A stretch of DNA of 64,000 bases, from the NCBI RefSeq assembly GCF_001447785.1, contig NW_015172042.1, positions 375,279-439,278 on the forward strand, read 5' to 3'. The position numbers and the translations under genes are program-made. Source of the DNA: Gekko japonicus. Lineage: Eukaryota. Below the pieces are notes generated by a model. It was not told where the DNA came from. It saw only the letters and a list, made by a program, of their open reading frames with translations, and did no database searches. Of the stretch, positions 26,076 through 36,723 are shown piece after piece (position 1 is the stretch's first letter; the number at the start of each line of letters is the position of its first letter).

Positions 26076-26105
26076 CTGTTTTGTTCTTCTCATACAGCAC
26101 AGCAT
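26076..26105 (-). CDS. GAP43: Neuromodulin (growth-associated protein 43), first coding exon, MLCCMRRTKQ
   Basis: Minus strand reads acaacc ATG CTG TGC TGT ATG AGA AGA ACA AAA CAG|gtagag. This is the GAP43 N-terminal palmitoylation peptide, followed by a phase-0 GT donor after codon 10 as in mammalian GAP43. Confidence 0.97.
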
Positions 26106-26280
26106 GGTTGTATAGTCCCTTTCTTCCTTGTTGTTCCTTCCTTCCTTCTCCTCTCTCCTTTTTCCTCCTCTCTCCCTCTCTCTCTCTTATCTCTCCCCCC
26201 ACCCTCTCCACTCCCTCCCCTCCCTCTTCCTCTCACTCGCGGGCACACGCACACGCACACACACACACACACGACAGGGC
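26106..26280 (-). promoter_or_regulatory. GAP43: GAP43 5'UTR/proximal promoter with homopurine tract and (GT)n repeat
   Basis: Pyrimidine tract on plus at 26116-26234. Alternating (CA/CG) run at 26243-26273, just upstream of the ATG. Confidence 0.85.
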
Positions 26281-26339
26281 AGTTCGCAGTGACTGGAAGG
26301 TCCACAGCTATTCCTCAGCGCACATGCTCCCCCTCTGCC

Positions 26340-26510
26340 TCGCGCTCCCCCTCGCCCGCTCTTTCCCAGAATTGTTCACTGGCAGCTCTCGGGGACTAGT
26401 CACTTCCCCGCCCCCCGCCCTTACCACCACCATCCAGGCAGCCACCCCCTCGCCGTCCTCTGCCAGCCTCATGAATATTTAAGCCTATCCAATCTGGACC
26501 CAATTACCCG
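26340..26510 (-). promoter_or_regulatory. GAP43: GAP43 TATA/CCAAT promoter
   Basis: TTAAATA at 26482-26476. Inverted CCAAT at 26489-26493 and 26500-26504. GC boxes at 26406-26420. Local CpG enrichment. Confidence 0.75.
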
Positions 26511-28789
26511 GCGACTTCCCCACACTGTACAGAGATTGCGAGAGGAAAGGGGGGGGGGGGGGAGGGGAGACGCCGAGGATTGTTCAGGGGGGTGTGGCAA
26601 GGTAGGGCTTGTCAGAAAAGCGGCTCTATTTCTTAGCGTCTCGGTTTGGGTGTTTGCTTTTTGACACAAATGATCTCTTCACAGCCCAGTGGGGGAAAGA
26701 AAGGAGCAGGCACAGGACCCCCATTCTCAGAAATGTGTCTTAAGGAAACAAGTTGGTGCTTTTTTTCCCCTGTAAGGCACACAGGCTATCAAGAGCACAT
26801 GTGATGCCAGCCTCTGGAAAGAGCTAGTGTGCAGAGTGGAACCCAACACACAGTCTTAAGGTAAACCAGAAAGAAATGTCTGCGGCTGTCTCCCCTTCCC
26901 ACGTGGTCATACGCAAAAAGTACATGCCAGCAAAACTCATTGTGTTCTTATACAGCCGATGGCCAATGATATTTAAAGCACATTTAAAACAATTCATTTT
27001 TCAAAATATTTCCGAATGCCAAAAAATGTTTGTGTAGGACTCAATTGGCCAGTGTTAGCATTTGATCCCATCTTCATCTTGAGAAACTTGTGGATCTACA
27101 TCTGCATATCTGTATATGGGAATCTACATGCATGGAAATATTTATTGCACATGCTGTGTACATTATCAATAAGAAATATTGAATGTGTGTGACTTCTGAG
27201 AATGTGGGGCAGAGTGACTAACAGTGCCATCCCACAGAGAGTTACGCTTCTCTAAGTCCATCAAAGTCAGTGAACTTAAGAAGGGTGTAACTGTGTTTAG
27301 GTTTGCATTGCATGAGTCTGAGAATGTGAAAATTCATGGAGGTAGGCAGCCAGGACATGTGTGGATCTGAGCTGCCGCAGAATTACTGAACTGGAAGTTC
27401 AAAAACAAAACACAGTAACTTCTTCCCCAGTGAATATATTTCTTGAACGTTAGCCAACAATTCATCAGTATTCATCACCAAGAGTGTCTCATAGACCAAT
27501 TTTATCCTTAACTGTACTGGACACCATTTCACCTCTGAACTGAAGATGTCAACTCCAGCTGTAACCATGGTCTCATATACAGTTAGAGTCACTTAAGATC
27601 TTTAACATCAAAGAGTTAACTCATGCTTAACAATGTTTTGGATTGTGGCCAGCTGATTTAATCAGACAATAAATCTACGCTATAAAATTAAACTTCTTTA
27701 GTAGTGCTATCCTAATCAGTTACATCCTTCTGAGCCCACTGAAGTCAGTGGGCTTAGAAAGGGTGTAACTGCTTAGACTGGAAACTGTAGTCTTTGGAAG
27801 GAAGTTAGGGAATTCAAGTAGAATGCTCACCACTTTAATAAAACTACAGTTACCATAAACCCTTTTTTCCCAAGGTGGGGGATAAAATATTTACTTGGTA
27901 TAAAACTGGTGTAAGTTTGTGAAGATACACCCCAAGGATCAAATACACCACCACTTGGTTTCTCTTGGTTTCTATTTTAATTTCACTTCATGGTGTTTTG
28001 CTATTGTTTGCCTCCTGCCAATGAACATCAGCTTCTAAAATAATAATTAATACAGGATTTTTAAGTTGTACAACACTTCATCATTTCTTGTCTCCAAATC
28101 CTTTATCTCCTCTTGAGATTTGCGCCACTGGTTTTTAACTGCAGGGAAATGCATACCTTTTCATTAACAACACATGGCTGTGCCATGGATAGCAACTATG
28201 CTGGCATAACATGGAGATGCACAAGCTTATCTGCAGCTAGCATTGTGCTTATTGACAATAAATCTAGCAACAGTGTAGAAGAACCAGAAATGGGCACTTT
28301 AGAGAGTGTGCTGGGGAGGACTGTGGCTTAGTTGGGTCTAGGATCCTTCAGCTCACATCTCATCCCCACTGCCACCATAACAGTATACCGGGAGGGGGGG
28401 GGGGACACCTAGTGAGGTATACAAATTCCCACTGAACTCAAGGGAAGTGAAAAAACAAAAACTCCATGCCAGCCTCCCACCATGCCTATACAGCCACGGT
28501 TAATCCTGTTGAGCCTCTGGTGGGGTCAGGGGATGCCTTGCTCCCAGCTCCTATTTCCTGCTACCACTGGGAGAACCTGGAAATGATTTCTAGAAATTGC
28601 TGGCAACTCTATGGTAATATCACAGGATTTCTGGATGTTCCTAGAGATCATTGACTTTCAGGTTTCCTGGCAGTGCTCCACCCCAATGTCCCCATCTCCA
28701 ATGCTTGCCAGACTTGACAATCCTAGCCATGGTACAGCTTGAGATTCTAAGTTTGCAGTCCATCACAACTCTCCTAAGCACTTTCAGGA

Positions 28790-29730
28790 CAAAGCAATTG
28801 GGAGCAGTAGCAGACCAACTCCAGGTCTTTTTGGATAATTCATCTGTGCTGGACCCGTTTCAGTCTGATTTCAAGCCAAGTTATGAGACAGAGATAGCTC
28901 TGCTAGTTTTAGATGATTACCAACATCTGAGTGTATACAAAGGACATGTTACTCTTTGTTACTCTTATTGGATTTATCTGCAGCCTTTGGTACAGTGGAT
29001 CATGCCATCTTTTGAGGTACTCGGAGCCTGGTAGAAGTAGGTATCAGGATGTGTATTGAACTGGTTTAAATAATTCCTCTCAGATCACACTCACAGGGTT
29101 GCTGCTGGAAACCAGTTATCAGTGTGGGGCCTATTCCGTAGGGTTTCACATGGTGCAATCTGATTCCCCCATGATTTCAGTCTCTATGTAAAGCCCTTAG
29201 GACAAATCATCCATAGTTTTGGGGTTGGTTGTCATCAATATGTTGATATTTTTCTTTGGTGTCAAGTGACAGCTGACTTATGGAGACCCTCTAGGGTTTT
29301 CCAGGCAAAAGACATTCAGGGGTGGTTTGCCATTGCCTGCCTCTGCATAGCAACCCCTGCATTCCGTGATGGTTTCCCATCCAAATACTGACCAAGGCCA
29401 GCCCTGCTTAGCTTCCAGGCTCTAATGAGATCAGGCTAGCCTGTGCTGTCCAGGTCAAGCCATGCTGACAATACCTAGCTCTGTATATCCCTATCTATTT
29501 CTCCAGGTGGATAGCCAGGTGGAAGTCTTGAATAGCTGTCTGGCTGCTGTGGTTAATTGGCTAAGCATGAACAAACTGAAACTAAACCCTGAAAAGACAG
29601 AGGTAATTCTGGTTGGGAAAGCAGAGAACTTGAAGGGTATTATGCTCTCCACTTTTAATGGTGTTCAGCTGACCCTTGCTGACTCAGTTAAAAATCTTGG
29701 GGTTATACTGGATCCAACATTATTGCCCAT
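28790..29730 (+). mobile_element. Old L2 LINE RT remnant
   Basis: LDPFQSDF and WLSMNKLKLNPEKTEV...VKNLGVILD. Confidence 0.85.
29249..29461 (-). mobile_element. 5S rRNA-derived SINE with RTE-like tail
   Basis: 5S-like head ggaagctaagcagggc...gtatttggatgggaaacc followed by gcaatggcaaaccacc...gcctggaaaaccc. TSD atgttgata/atgctgaca. Confidence 0.8.
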
Positions 29731-29734
29731 TAGA

Positions 29735-30018
29735 CGGCCAAACTGGTGTAGTGGTTAAGTGAATGGACTCTAATCTGGGAGAACCGTGTTTGATTCCCCA
29801 CTCCTCCACTTACACCTGGCTGGATGACCTTGGGCAAGCCATAGTTCTGGCACAGCTGTTCTTGAAAAAGAGCAGTTTCTGTCAGAGCTCTCTCAGCCCC
29901 ACCCACCTCACGGGGTGTCTGTTGTGAGGAGGGGAAGGGAAAGGAGTTTGTAAGCCGCTCTGAGACACCTTTGGGTAGTGAAGGGCGGGGTATAAATCCA
30001 ATCTCTTCTTCTTCTTCT
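29735..30018 (+). mobile_element. Squam3-like tRNA/CORE SINE
   Basis: Same family as 3668-3965, with (TTC)n tail. Confidence 0.87.
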
Positions 30019-30469
30019 ACAGCAGATGTGGCCACCTGGATCCACGCCACAGTAACATGTAGACTCACTGAAATTATGTCTCCCCTTTACTCTATGCCAC
30101 ATCTCACCATATATCTTTTACAGTGCAATCCTAAACAGAATTACACCACTAACTTCAGTGGAATTAGATGGGTGTAACTCTGCTGAGGAGTGCACTGCTA
30201 GTGTTTAGGGATAGGCACAAACTACCTTATGAAATAAAGTCTGTGATGAATTTTGGCCACTTCAAGGTTTACAAACTGGACTTTGTGGCAGATCAACTCG
30301 CACAAACTTTCCACGAGCTTTCAAGCAGTTCCTGTAGGTTCCTGTGGGTTGGTGAATGGATACATTTCCAGACAGATTATCCCTGCTCAAACAAAATGTT
30401 TACCGAACTTCAAAGCAACAGGGGGTGGAATTCTCCAGCCTTGGAAACATTATTATCAGTTTCAAACTA

Positions 30470-31926
30470 GTCATGTCAGTTTCAAGAGGCCATCTAGTCC
30501 AACCGCCTGCTCAATGCAGGATCAACCTAGAGCATCCCTGACAAGTGTTTGTCCAGATACTGCTTAAAGACCGCCAGTGAGGGGGAGCTCACCACCTCCC
30601 TAGGCAGCTGATTCCACTGCTGCACAACTCTTACTGTAAAAAAGTTTTTCCTAATATCCAGCTGGTACCTTCCCGCCCTTAATTTAAACCCATTATTGTG
30701 AGTCCTACCCTCTGCTGCCAACAGGAGCAGATCCCTGCCCTCCTCTAAGTGACAGCCCTTCAAACACTTAAAGAGAGCAATCATGTCCCCACTCAATCTC
30801 ATCTTCTCCAGACTAAACTTTCCCAAGTTCCTCAGCCTTTTCCTATGGGGCTTCATCTCCAGGCCCAAAATCATCCTCGTCACTCTTCCCTGCACCCGCT
30901 CCATTCTGTCTACATCCTTTCTGAAGGGAGGCCTCCAGAACTGCACGCAATACTCCAGGTTCAGCCTGACCAATGCAACATACAGCAGGACTATAACATC
31001 TTGCAGGGGTCATTTCGTAGAAAAAGAGGTGCAGGAGCTCATTAGCATAACTTATCAGTGTAACTTATTTGCATATGCCACACCCCCTGACATCACCGGA
31101 AGTGTGTCAGAAGGCAACACCCACCGCTCAGGCTCCACTGGACTGTTTTGGATTGCTAGCTATTTGGGGGGGGGTGTGCACAGATCTGCCCTCACAGACG
31201 AGGGAGAGCTTGTACCTGAAGGCAGGCCGGGAGGGGGCCCTCTGCAACTTACCTGGCTGCTTCTTGCTCCTTGTGGCCCAACTGAGGGCTGCTGGGAGCA
31301 GGGGGCGGGGCTTATTGCATATGCCCGCCCCCTGGGTTCCTTACTGCCGGAGCTCCGCTCCTGTGCGTTCCCGCAGGAAATGACCCCTGTCATCTTGTGA
31401 TTTGGATGTTATGCCTCTGTTGATACACCCCAAGATTGCATTAGCCCTTTTTGTCGCTGTATCTCACTGGGTGCTCATATTTAACTTTCAGTCCACCCTT
31501 ACCTCAAGATCTTGTTCACATGAACTGCTACTCAGAAGTGTATCCCCCATCTAGTATTCATATTACTCTTTTTGGTTACCCAGATGTAGAACTTGGCACT
31601 TATCCTTGTTAAATTGCATCTTGTTCACATCCACCCACTTTTCCAGTGTGTTCAGATCTCGTTGAATTCTAGTAAGATCAAAGAGGGAAATGAGGTTGTT
31701 GGGGACAAATCCGTGCTGACTTTCCCGGATCACCAAGTTGTCCTTTAGATGCTTACAGATCAATCCCATTAAAACCTGCTCCAGTATCATCCCTGGGACA
31801 GAGGTCAGACTGACTGGCCTGTAGTTTCCTGGGTCATCCCTCCTCCCTTTTTGTAAAACTGGGATAACATCTGCCCTCCTCCAGTCTTGTGGCACATCTC
31901 CCATTCTCCAAGAGGTCTGGAAGATC
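30470..31926 (-). mobile_element. CR1 LINE with internal RT deletion and a nested MITE
   Basis: ORFs contain DWRRADV...PGNYRPVSLTS and LEYCVQFW...WNQLPREVV. Confidence 0.92.
31004..31389 (+). mobile_element. hAT-type MITE (CAGGGGTCATTTC family)
   Basis: Perfect 13-bp TIR. TSD acatcttg/tcatcttg. Confidence 0.92.
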
Positions 31927-31940
31927 ATAGAATGTTAGAG

Positions 31941-32924
31941 TTGGAAAGGACCTTGCAGGTCATCTAGCCAAAAATTAGCTCTACAACATACCAGAAAGAT
32001 GGCCATCCAGCCTCCGCTTGAAAATGTCCAGTGAATCCACCACCTTCTGAGGCAGTCTGTTCCACTGTTCAACCACTCTTACAGTTAGGAAGTTTCTCCT
32101 GTTATTTAGCCGGTAACGATACCTCCTTCCTGCTGCAAGGAGTTTTTATCATATCTCCCACTGACCCTGTCAGGCCAAGTCAAGAAAGTTTTTCCTGAGG
32201 ATCCCAGAGTTTTCTTTCCTGAAGACTCTCTAGCATTAAACTCCAGACACCTTCAAATGTTCCTTGCTTGGGGAAGGGGGAGAGCTTGACCCACCCATTA
32301 TCTTTCTTGCTAGATCTTTCTAGCATTTGTATGAAGGTAAGCGGGAAAGCATTTTGAAAAGTATGCAGACGGAGAGTGATTTCAGCTAAGCATACTTTTA
32401 TTAGTCAGGAACAAGACAAAGTTGGCCGGCTCTTGGAAAGGACCTTGCAGGTCATCTAGCCAAAAATTAGCTCTACAACATACCAGAAAGATGGCCATCC
32501 AGCCTCCGCTTGAAAATGTCCAGTGAATCCACCACCTTCTGAGGCAGTCTGTTCCACTGTTCAACCACTCTTACAGTTAGGAAGTTTCTCCTGTTATTTA
32601 GCCGGTAACGATACCTCCTTCCTGCTGCAAGGAGTTTTTATCATATCTCCCACTGACCCTGTCAGGCCAAGTCAAGAAAGTTTTTCCTGAGGATCCCAGA
32701 GTTTTCTTTCCTGAAGACTCTCTAGCATTAAACTCCAGACACCTTCAAATGTTCCTTGCTTGGGGAAGGGGGAGAGCTTGACCCACCCATTATCTTTCTT
32801 GCTAGATCTTTCTAGCATTTGTATGAAGGTAAGCGGGAAAGCATTTTGAAAAGTATGCAGACGGAGAGTGATTTCAGCTAAGCATACTTTTATTAGTCAG
32901 GAACAAGACAAAGTTGGCCGGCTC
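31941..32924. repeat. 492-bp tandem duplication (31941-32432 and 32433-32924)
   Basis: Both units start ttggaaaggacc and end gttggccggctc. No differences seen by eye. Confidence 0.93.
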
Positions 32925-33153
32925 GCAGGCCGGCTTATATTCCCTCAGGACACACCACCATAACACACCCCCACTTCCCGATAGGCTATTTACAGTAACC
33001 GAGAGGCCTATTGGCCTCATGGTCTGGGACCTAGCCCTCTGATTGGGCTGGTCTAGGATCCTACTGACCCATTGTCTTTAGGCGCGAAGCTTGAGGTTTT
33101 GTCCCTGGGCAAGTCCGGACATGCCCGGCCCTGTCAGGGCTGGATACACTACA
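32847..33153 (-). mobile_element. Solo LTR (Gypsy-like), same family as 63383-63693
   Basis: TG...CA termini on minus. 5-bp TSD cattt on both sides. TATA and AATAAA present. Clear similarity to the LTR at the window end. Confidence 0.9.
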
Positions 33154-33314
33154 CATTTGGACTAACTTCCTCCCTTCCAGCATGTTCTCTTGTCAGAGGG
33201 AAAAAACTTTTATAACACATCATGGAGGTTTTGCTCATTTCAAACCTGCCAGAAAAAAATGCATTCTTCAAACCAGGTATTTCTGTCCCACCTGTCCACC
33301 TGTGCCACCTGTTT

Positions 33315-33582
33315 GAGAGCCAGTTTGGTGTAGTGATTAAGAGTGGCGTACTCTAACCTGGAGAACTGGGTTTGATTCCCCACTCCTCCACGTGCAGCCA
33401 GCTGGGTGACCTTGTGTCACTCACAGTTCTCTCAGAGCTGTTCTCTCAATAGTAGTTCTCTCAGAGCTCTCTCAGCTCCACCTACCTCACAGGGTGTCTG
33501 TTGTGGGGGGGGGGGGAAGGAGATTGTAAGCCACTCTGAGTGGAGGGTGGGTATTAATCCAATCTCTTGTTGTTGTTGTTGT
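33315..33582 (+). mobile_element. Squam3-like SINE
   Basis: gagagccagtttggtgtagtg head and (TTG)n tail. Confidence 0.85.
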
Positions 33583-33810
33583 TCAGAGTCCTGCTCAAGG
33601 CAGCTTACAATTAAAACCACATCACAATATTAAAAACAATCCATTAAACATTCTACAAGCTCCATCTATTTTTAGGACTTGCTGAACATGAAACTGGTTG
33701 GGCTCAGCTTCCCAACTTTCTGCTCCCCCCTCCAGCTCAGGTCCACCAAACTGAAATCTCCTATCTCAAGGCTGGTACTCGTTCAGAATAATAAACATGC
33801 TAGCCACTGA

Positions 33811-34148
33811 GGGGCTGCGGTGGCTCAGAAGTTAAGACTCTGAGTTGCAGACCGGAAGGTCGGTAGCTTGGCAGTTCGAGACCCTAGTGCCGCATGACAG
33901 AGTGAGCTCCCATCTCTGGCCCCAGCTCCTGCCAACCTAGCAGTTTGAAAGCAAGAAATTGCAAGTAGGTAGGTACCGCTTCAGTGGGAAGGTAACAGCA
34001 TTCAGTGTGCCTCAGTGTTCAGTCATGCCGGCCACATGACCACGGAAACATCTTTGGACAGCGCTGGTTCTTTGGCTTGGAAACAGAGACGAGCACCACC
34101 CTCTAGAGTCAGAGTCTTTTGAGCAAGGGAAACCTTTACCTTACCTTT
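33811..34148 (+). mobile_element. Sauria SINE
   Basis: tRNA-like head, cctgccaacctagcagtt.gaaagca core and (ACCTTT)-type tail. Confidence 0.88.
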
Positions 34149-35559
34149 AGATCTCCACTTGGGGGAAGACCTTCTGTCTCCAGGCTTCCAGCTCCTCCTC
34201 CTGCTCAGTGGGGCAGTGGAAGCAAAATGAGGGGGGAGAGGTTGGTGTTGCCCCAATGCCCCAATGTCACTTCCAGTGTAACCCTGGCAGTGGTGCCACC
34301 ATGTTGATGCAATGCTCTAGGAGTTGCCCAAAATTCTATGCTTTTTCCATAAAGTTTTGGGTACATCCTAGAGTGTTGTACTGACACGGTGACATTAATT
34401 TTGCACTAGAAGTTATGTCAAAATGCCAACATTCTTTAGCACTCCAGTGCTGGACTAACAACCCTAGTTCAGAATCTTTACATTTGCAGAGGTTTTTTTA
34501 AAAAATGAAGTTGACATTTTTAATTTTTTTTCAATGACGAATTTTGTGCCCCGTTATTATGTACAATGCCATGCTACAAATGGGCAAAACAGGGAGCATG
34601 ACCACATTTGTGGGTGACTGCCAGCCACTCCGGTCATTACTACTGCTGGCAAAGCATTCATGGCTCCCTTTGCCTTGCAGGATCAGAGCCCCGCAGAGCA
34701 GCACAAACAGAAACTGCAGATAGATTTCCTGTGCAGCTGCTTTAATATGACGGTGGCCACATTATGTCCCCCCCCCCGCTAGTGAATCCTGCAATGGGGT
34801 GACCACCAAGAGGATAGAGAGAGGTACAGGAACAGAAAGAACATCTGAGTGGCACCACTCTCTTAAATCCATAGCTCACACCGGCATTTTCTGAGCCCAC
34901 ATGCAGTTTTGTTACTGCTGTAGAACATTTTTGTCCTAGTGTCACTTTTGGCTTCTTGCAGGGAGCTTTCCAGCCAGAGGAGAGGCTAGGATGGATACCG
35001 TTGAGCCTACAACATGAGCAAAGCTGCAGTCATCAGTATGCATCTACCTGCTCTGTTATGTGACTGCCCACTCTGTCTTCCAGCTTGGTTCTTGCACCAT
35101 AGCAAGCTGCTTAACAGATAGCTGTTTGATCAGCAGAGTTGTATCTGTTATGAGTGACCAGTGATAGGGACAGCTCTGCCAGGTGAGTCTGCTATATTAT
35201 CTGCAGCTTTCAAAGGCACAGAAGCCTTGCTCCAGCAGGACAGTTGGTAGCCCCATACATCTTATGCCTCAGTTGTGCTTTGAACTCATTCAAGGGCTGT
35301 CTGGTAACTTACTACATGCTTCGAACAGTGACTTCAGGCTCTGGTTTCCATTTGCTCACCACTGGTGGGAGGACCCCTGCTAGCACTTCCCAGTCCCACA
35401 CCAGGATTCAGCAGAGCAGCAGGGAGAAGATGGAGGGGCTCCATGGCATCCCCCAACACCATTTCCAGTTATGTAGCCAAACAGGAGGTTGTGACATCCT
35501 GGGACGCCATTAAGATCAGTCACACCCCTGCTAGTCTCCAAGGGGTTGCTGGCTGAGGG

Positions 35560-36600
35560 CTACTTCAGGCATGTTAAGCCTCTTTTGCTCGATGGCTTTC
35601 TCTGCCGTCATTTGTGCTCCAGTGTTATGTGACTGGTTTTCATACCAAACATAATGAAGGAATCCAGATACCTCCCTAATGTACCTTATTCCTGTATACC
35701 TAGGGGGTTGTATGGTTAGAGTGATGCTATGATGCGTGTGAGTATGGTGTCTGTTCTTTTTGTGCCTCCTTCTCCTCTTTTGCTTTTGATAGGCTTGTTA
35801 CTGGACAAAAGTAAGTTTTGCCTTTCCCCCAGCATCCGTCTCAGGGAAACTCCTTAAACATTTCTCCTTAGTGAGGAGACCATAAGAACACCTTCTAGAA
35901 GGCTTTGTTGTATGCTCCCTTGTTGGTGTCCCAGTTCCTTAGTTTGCTTTGCCTTGTACAAAGCTGCTTCTTGGGGCATGATTCCCTCTACTCCCTGTAC
36001 TCCCTGTACTCCCCGTGACCCAAATCCTTATGTAGGAGTGGTCCTGGACTTTCTGTGGAGGTTTCCTCTTGCATGCGAGCCATGGAGATGCCTGGCTGAT
36101 ATGGCCGGGCTGCCCATGCTTTCTTCCCTGTATGTCCACCTCTCAAAGGCAAATGTGATTTCCAGAGGAGATTTAAGCTGTTGTCTATGGAGCTCTCAGG
36201 AGAGCAGTAGCTTCAGGTATTGTATTGGGCACCTAGCAGTCCTCATATGGTTGAGAATGCTGGGCTTCCTTTGTCCTTTCTGTCGTTGTGCTCTGTGGGT
36301 AAGTGGCCGAGGGACGATTCCAGGAAGGTGTGTGTTGGTTCAGCTTGGCTGATTGCTTCAGTATACGGCTGGCATGGGGGCTCTGAGAGCATGGCTCTTC
36401 ACGAATCCTGGTTGTGAGCAATACCTCTATGGATTCCAGGCCAATCGCTATGCTCTCAGCTCCATGGAGTTGGGTCTTTTTGCAAATATTTTGTTCTTTG
36501 CTGAGAGAACATAGGATATAGAGTTGCCATCCCAGCACTGTATTCTGGCATCTGGGGTTTAGGATTGCTGTGTAAAATATTCCATTAAGCCCCACAAATT
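35560..36600 (-). mobile_element. Possible decayed RNase-H-bearing non-LTR retrotransposon fragment
   Basis: Minus translation IRIWVTG...GN resembles the RNase H WV.GH.G..GNE motif. Heavily mutated. Confidence 0.3.
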
Positions 36601-36723
36601 CTCTTCATTTTTTTTCATCAGAAAAGCATTATCTGGTATTCCAGGTGTTGCCCAACTGTGTACCATTAATCGGATTAACTTATCTTTCCTTCCACTATGT
36701 ACACAATTATACTCCTCCTCAAA

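Noticed and set aside
29370-29445. 5S rRNA gene
   Set aside because: Partial, diverged and fused to an RTE-like tail with a TSD, so it is a SINE head.
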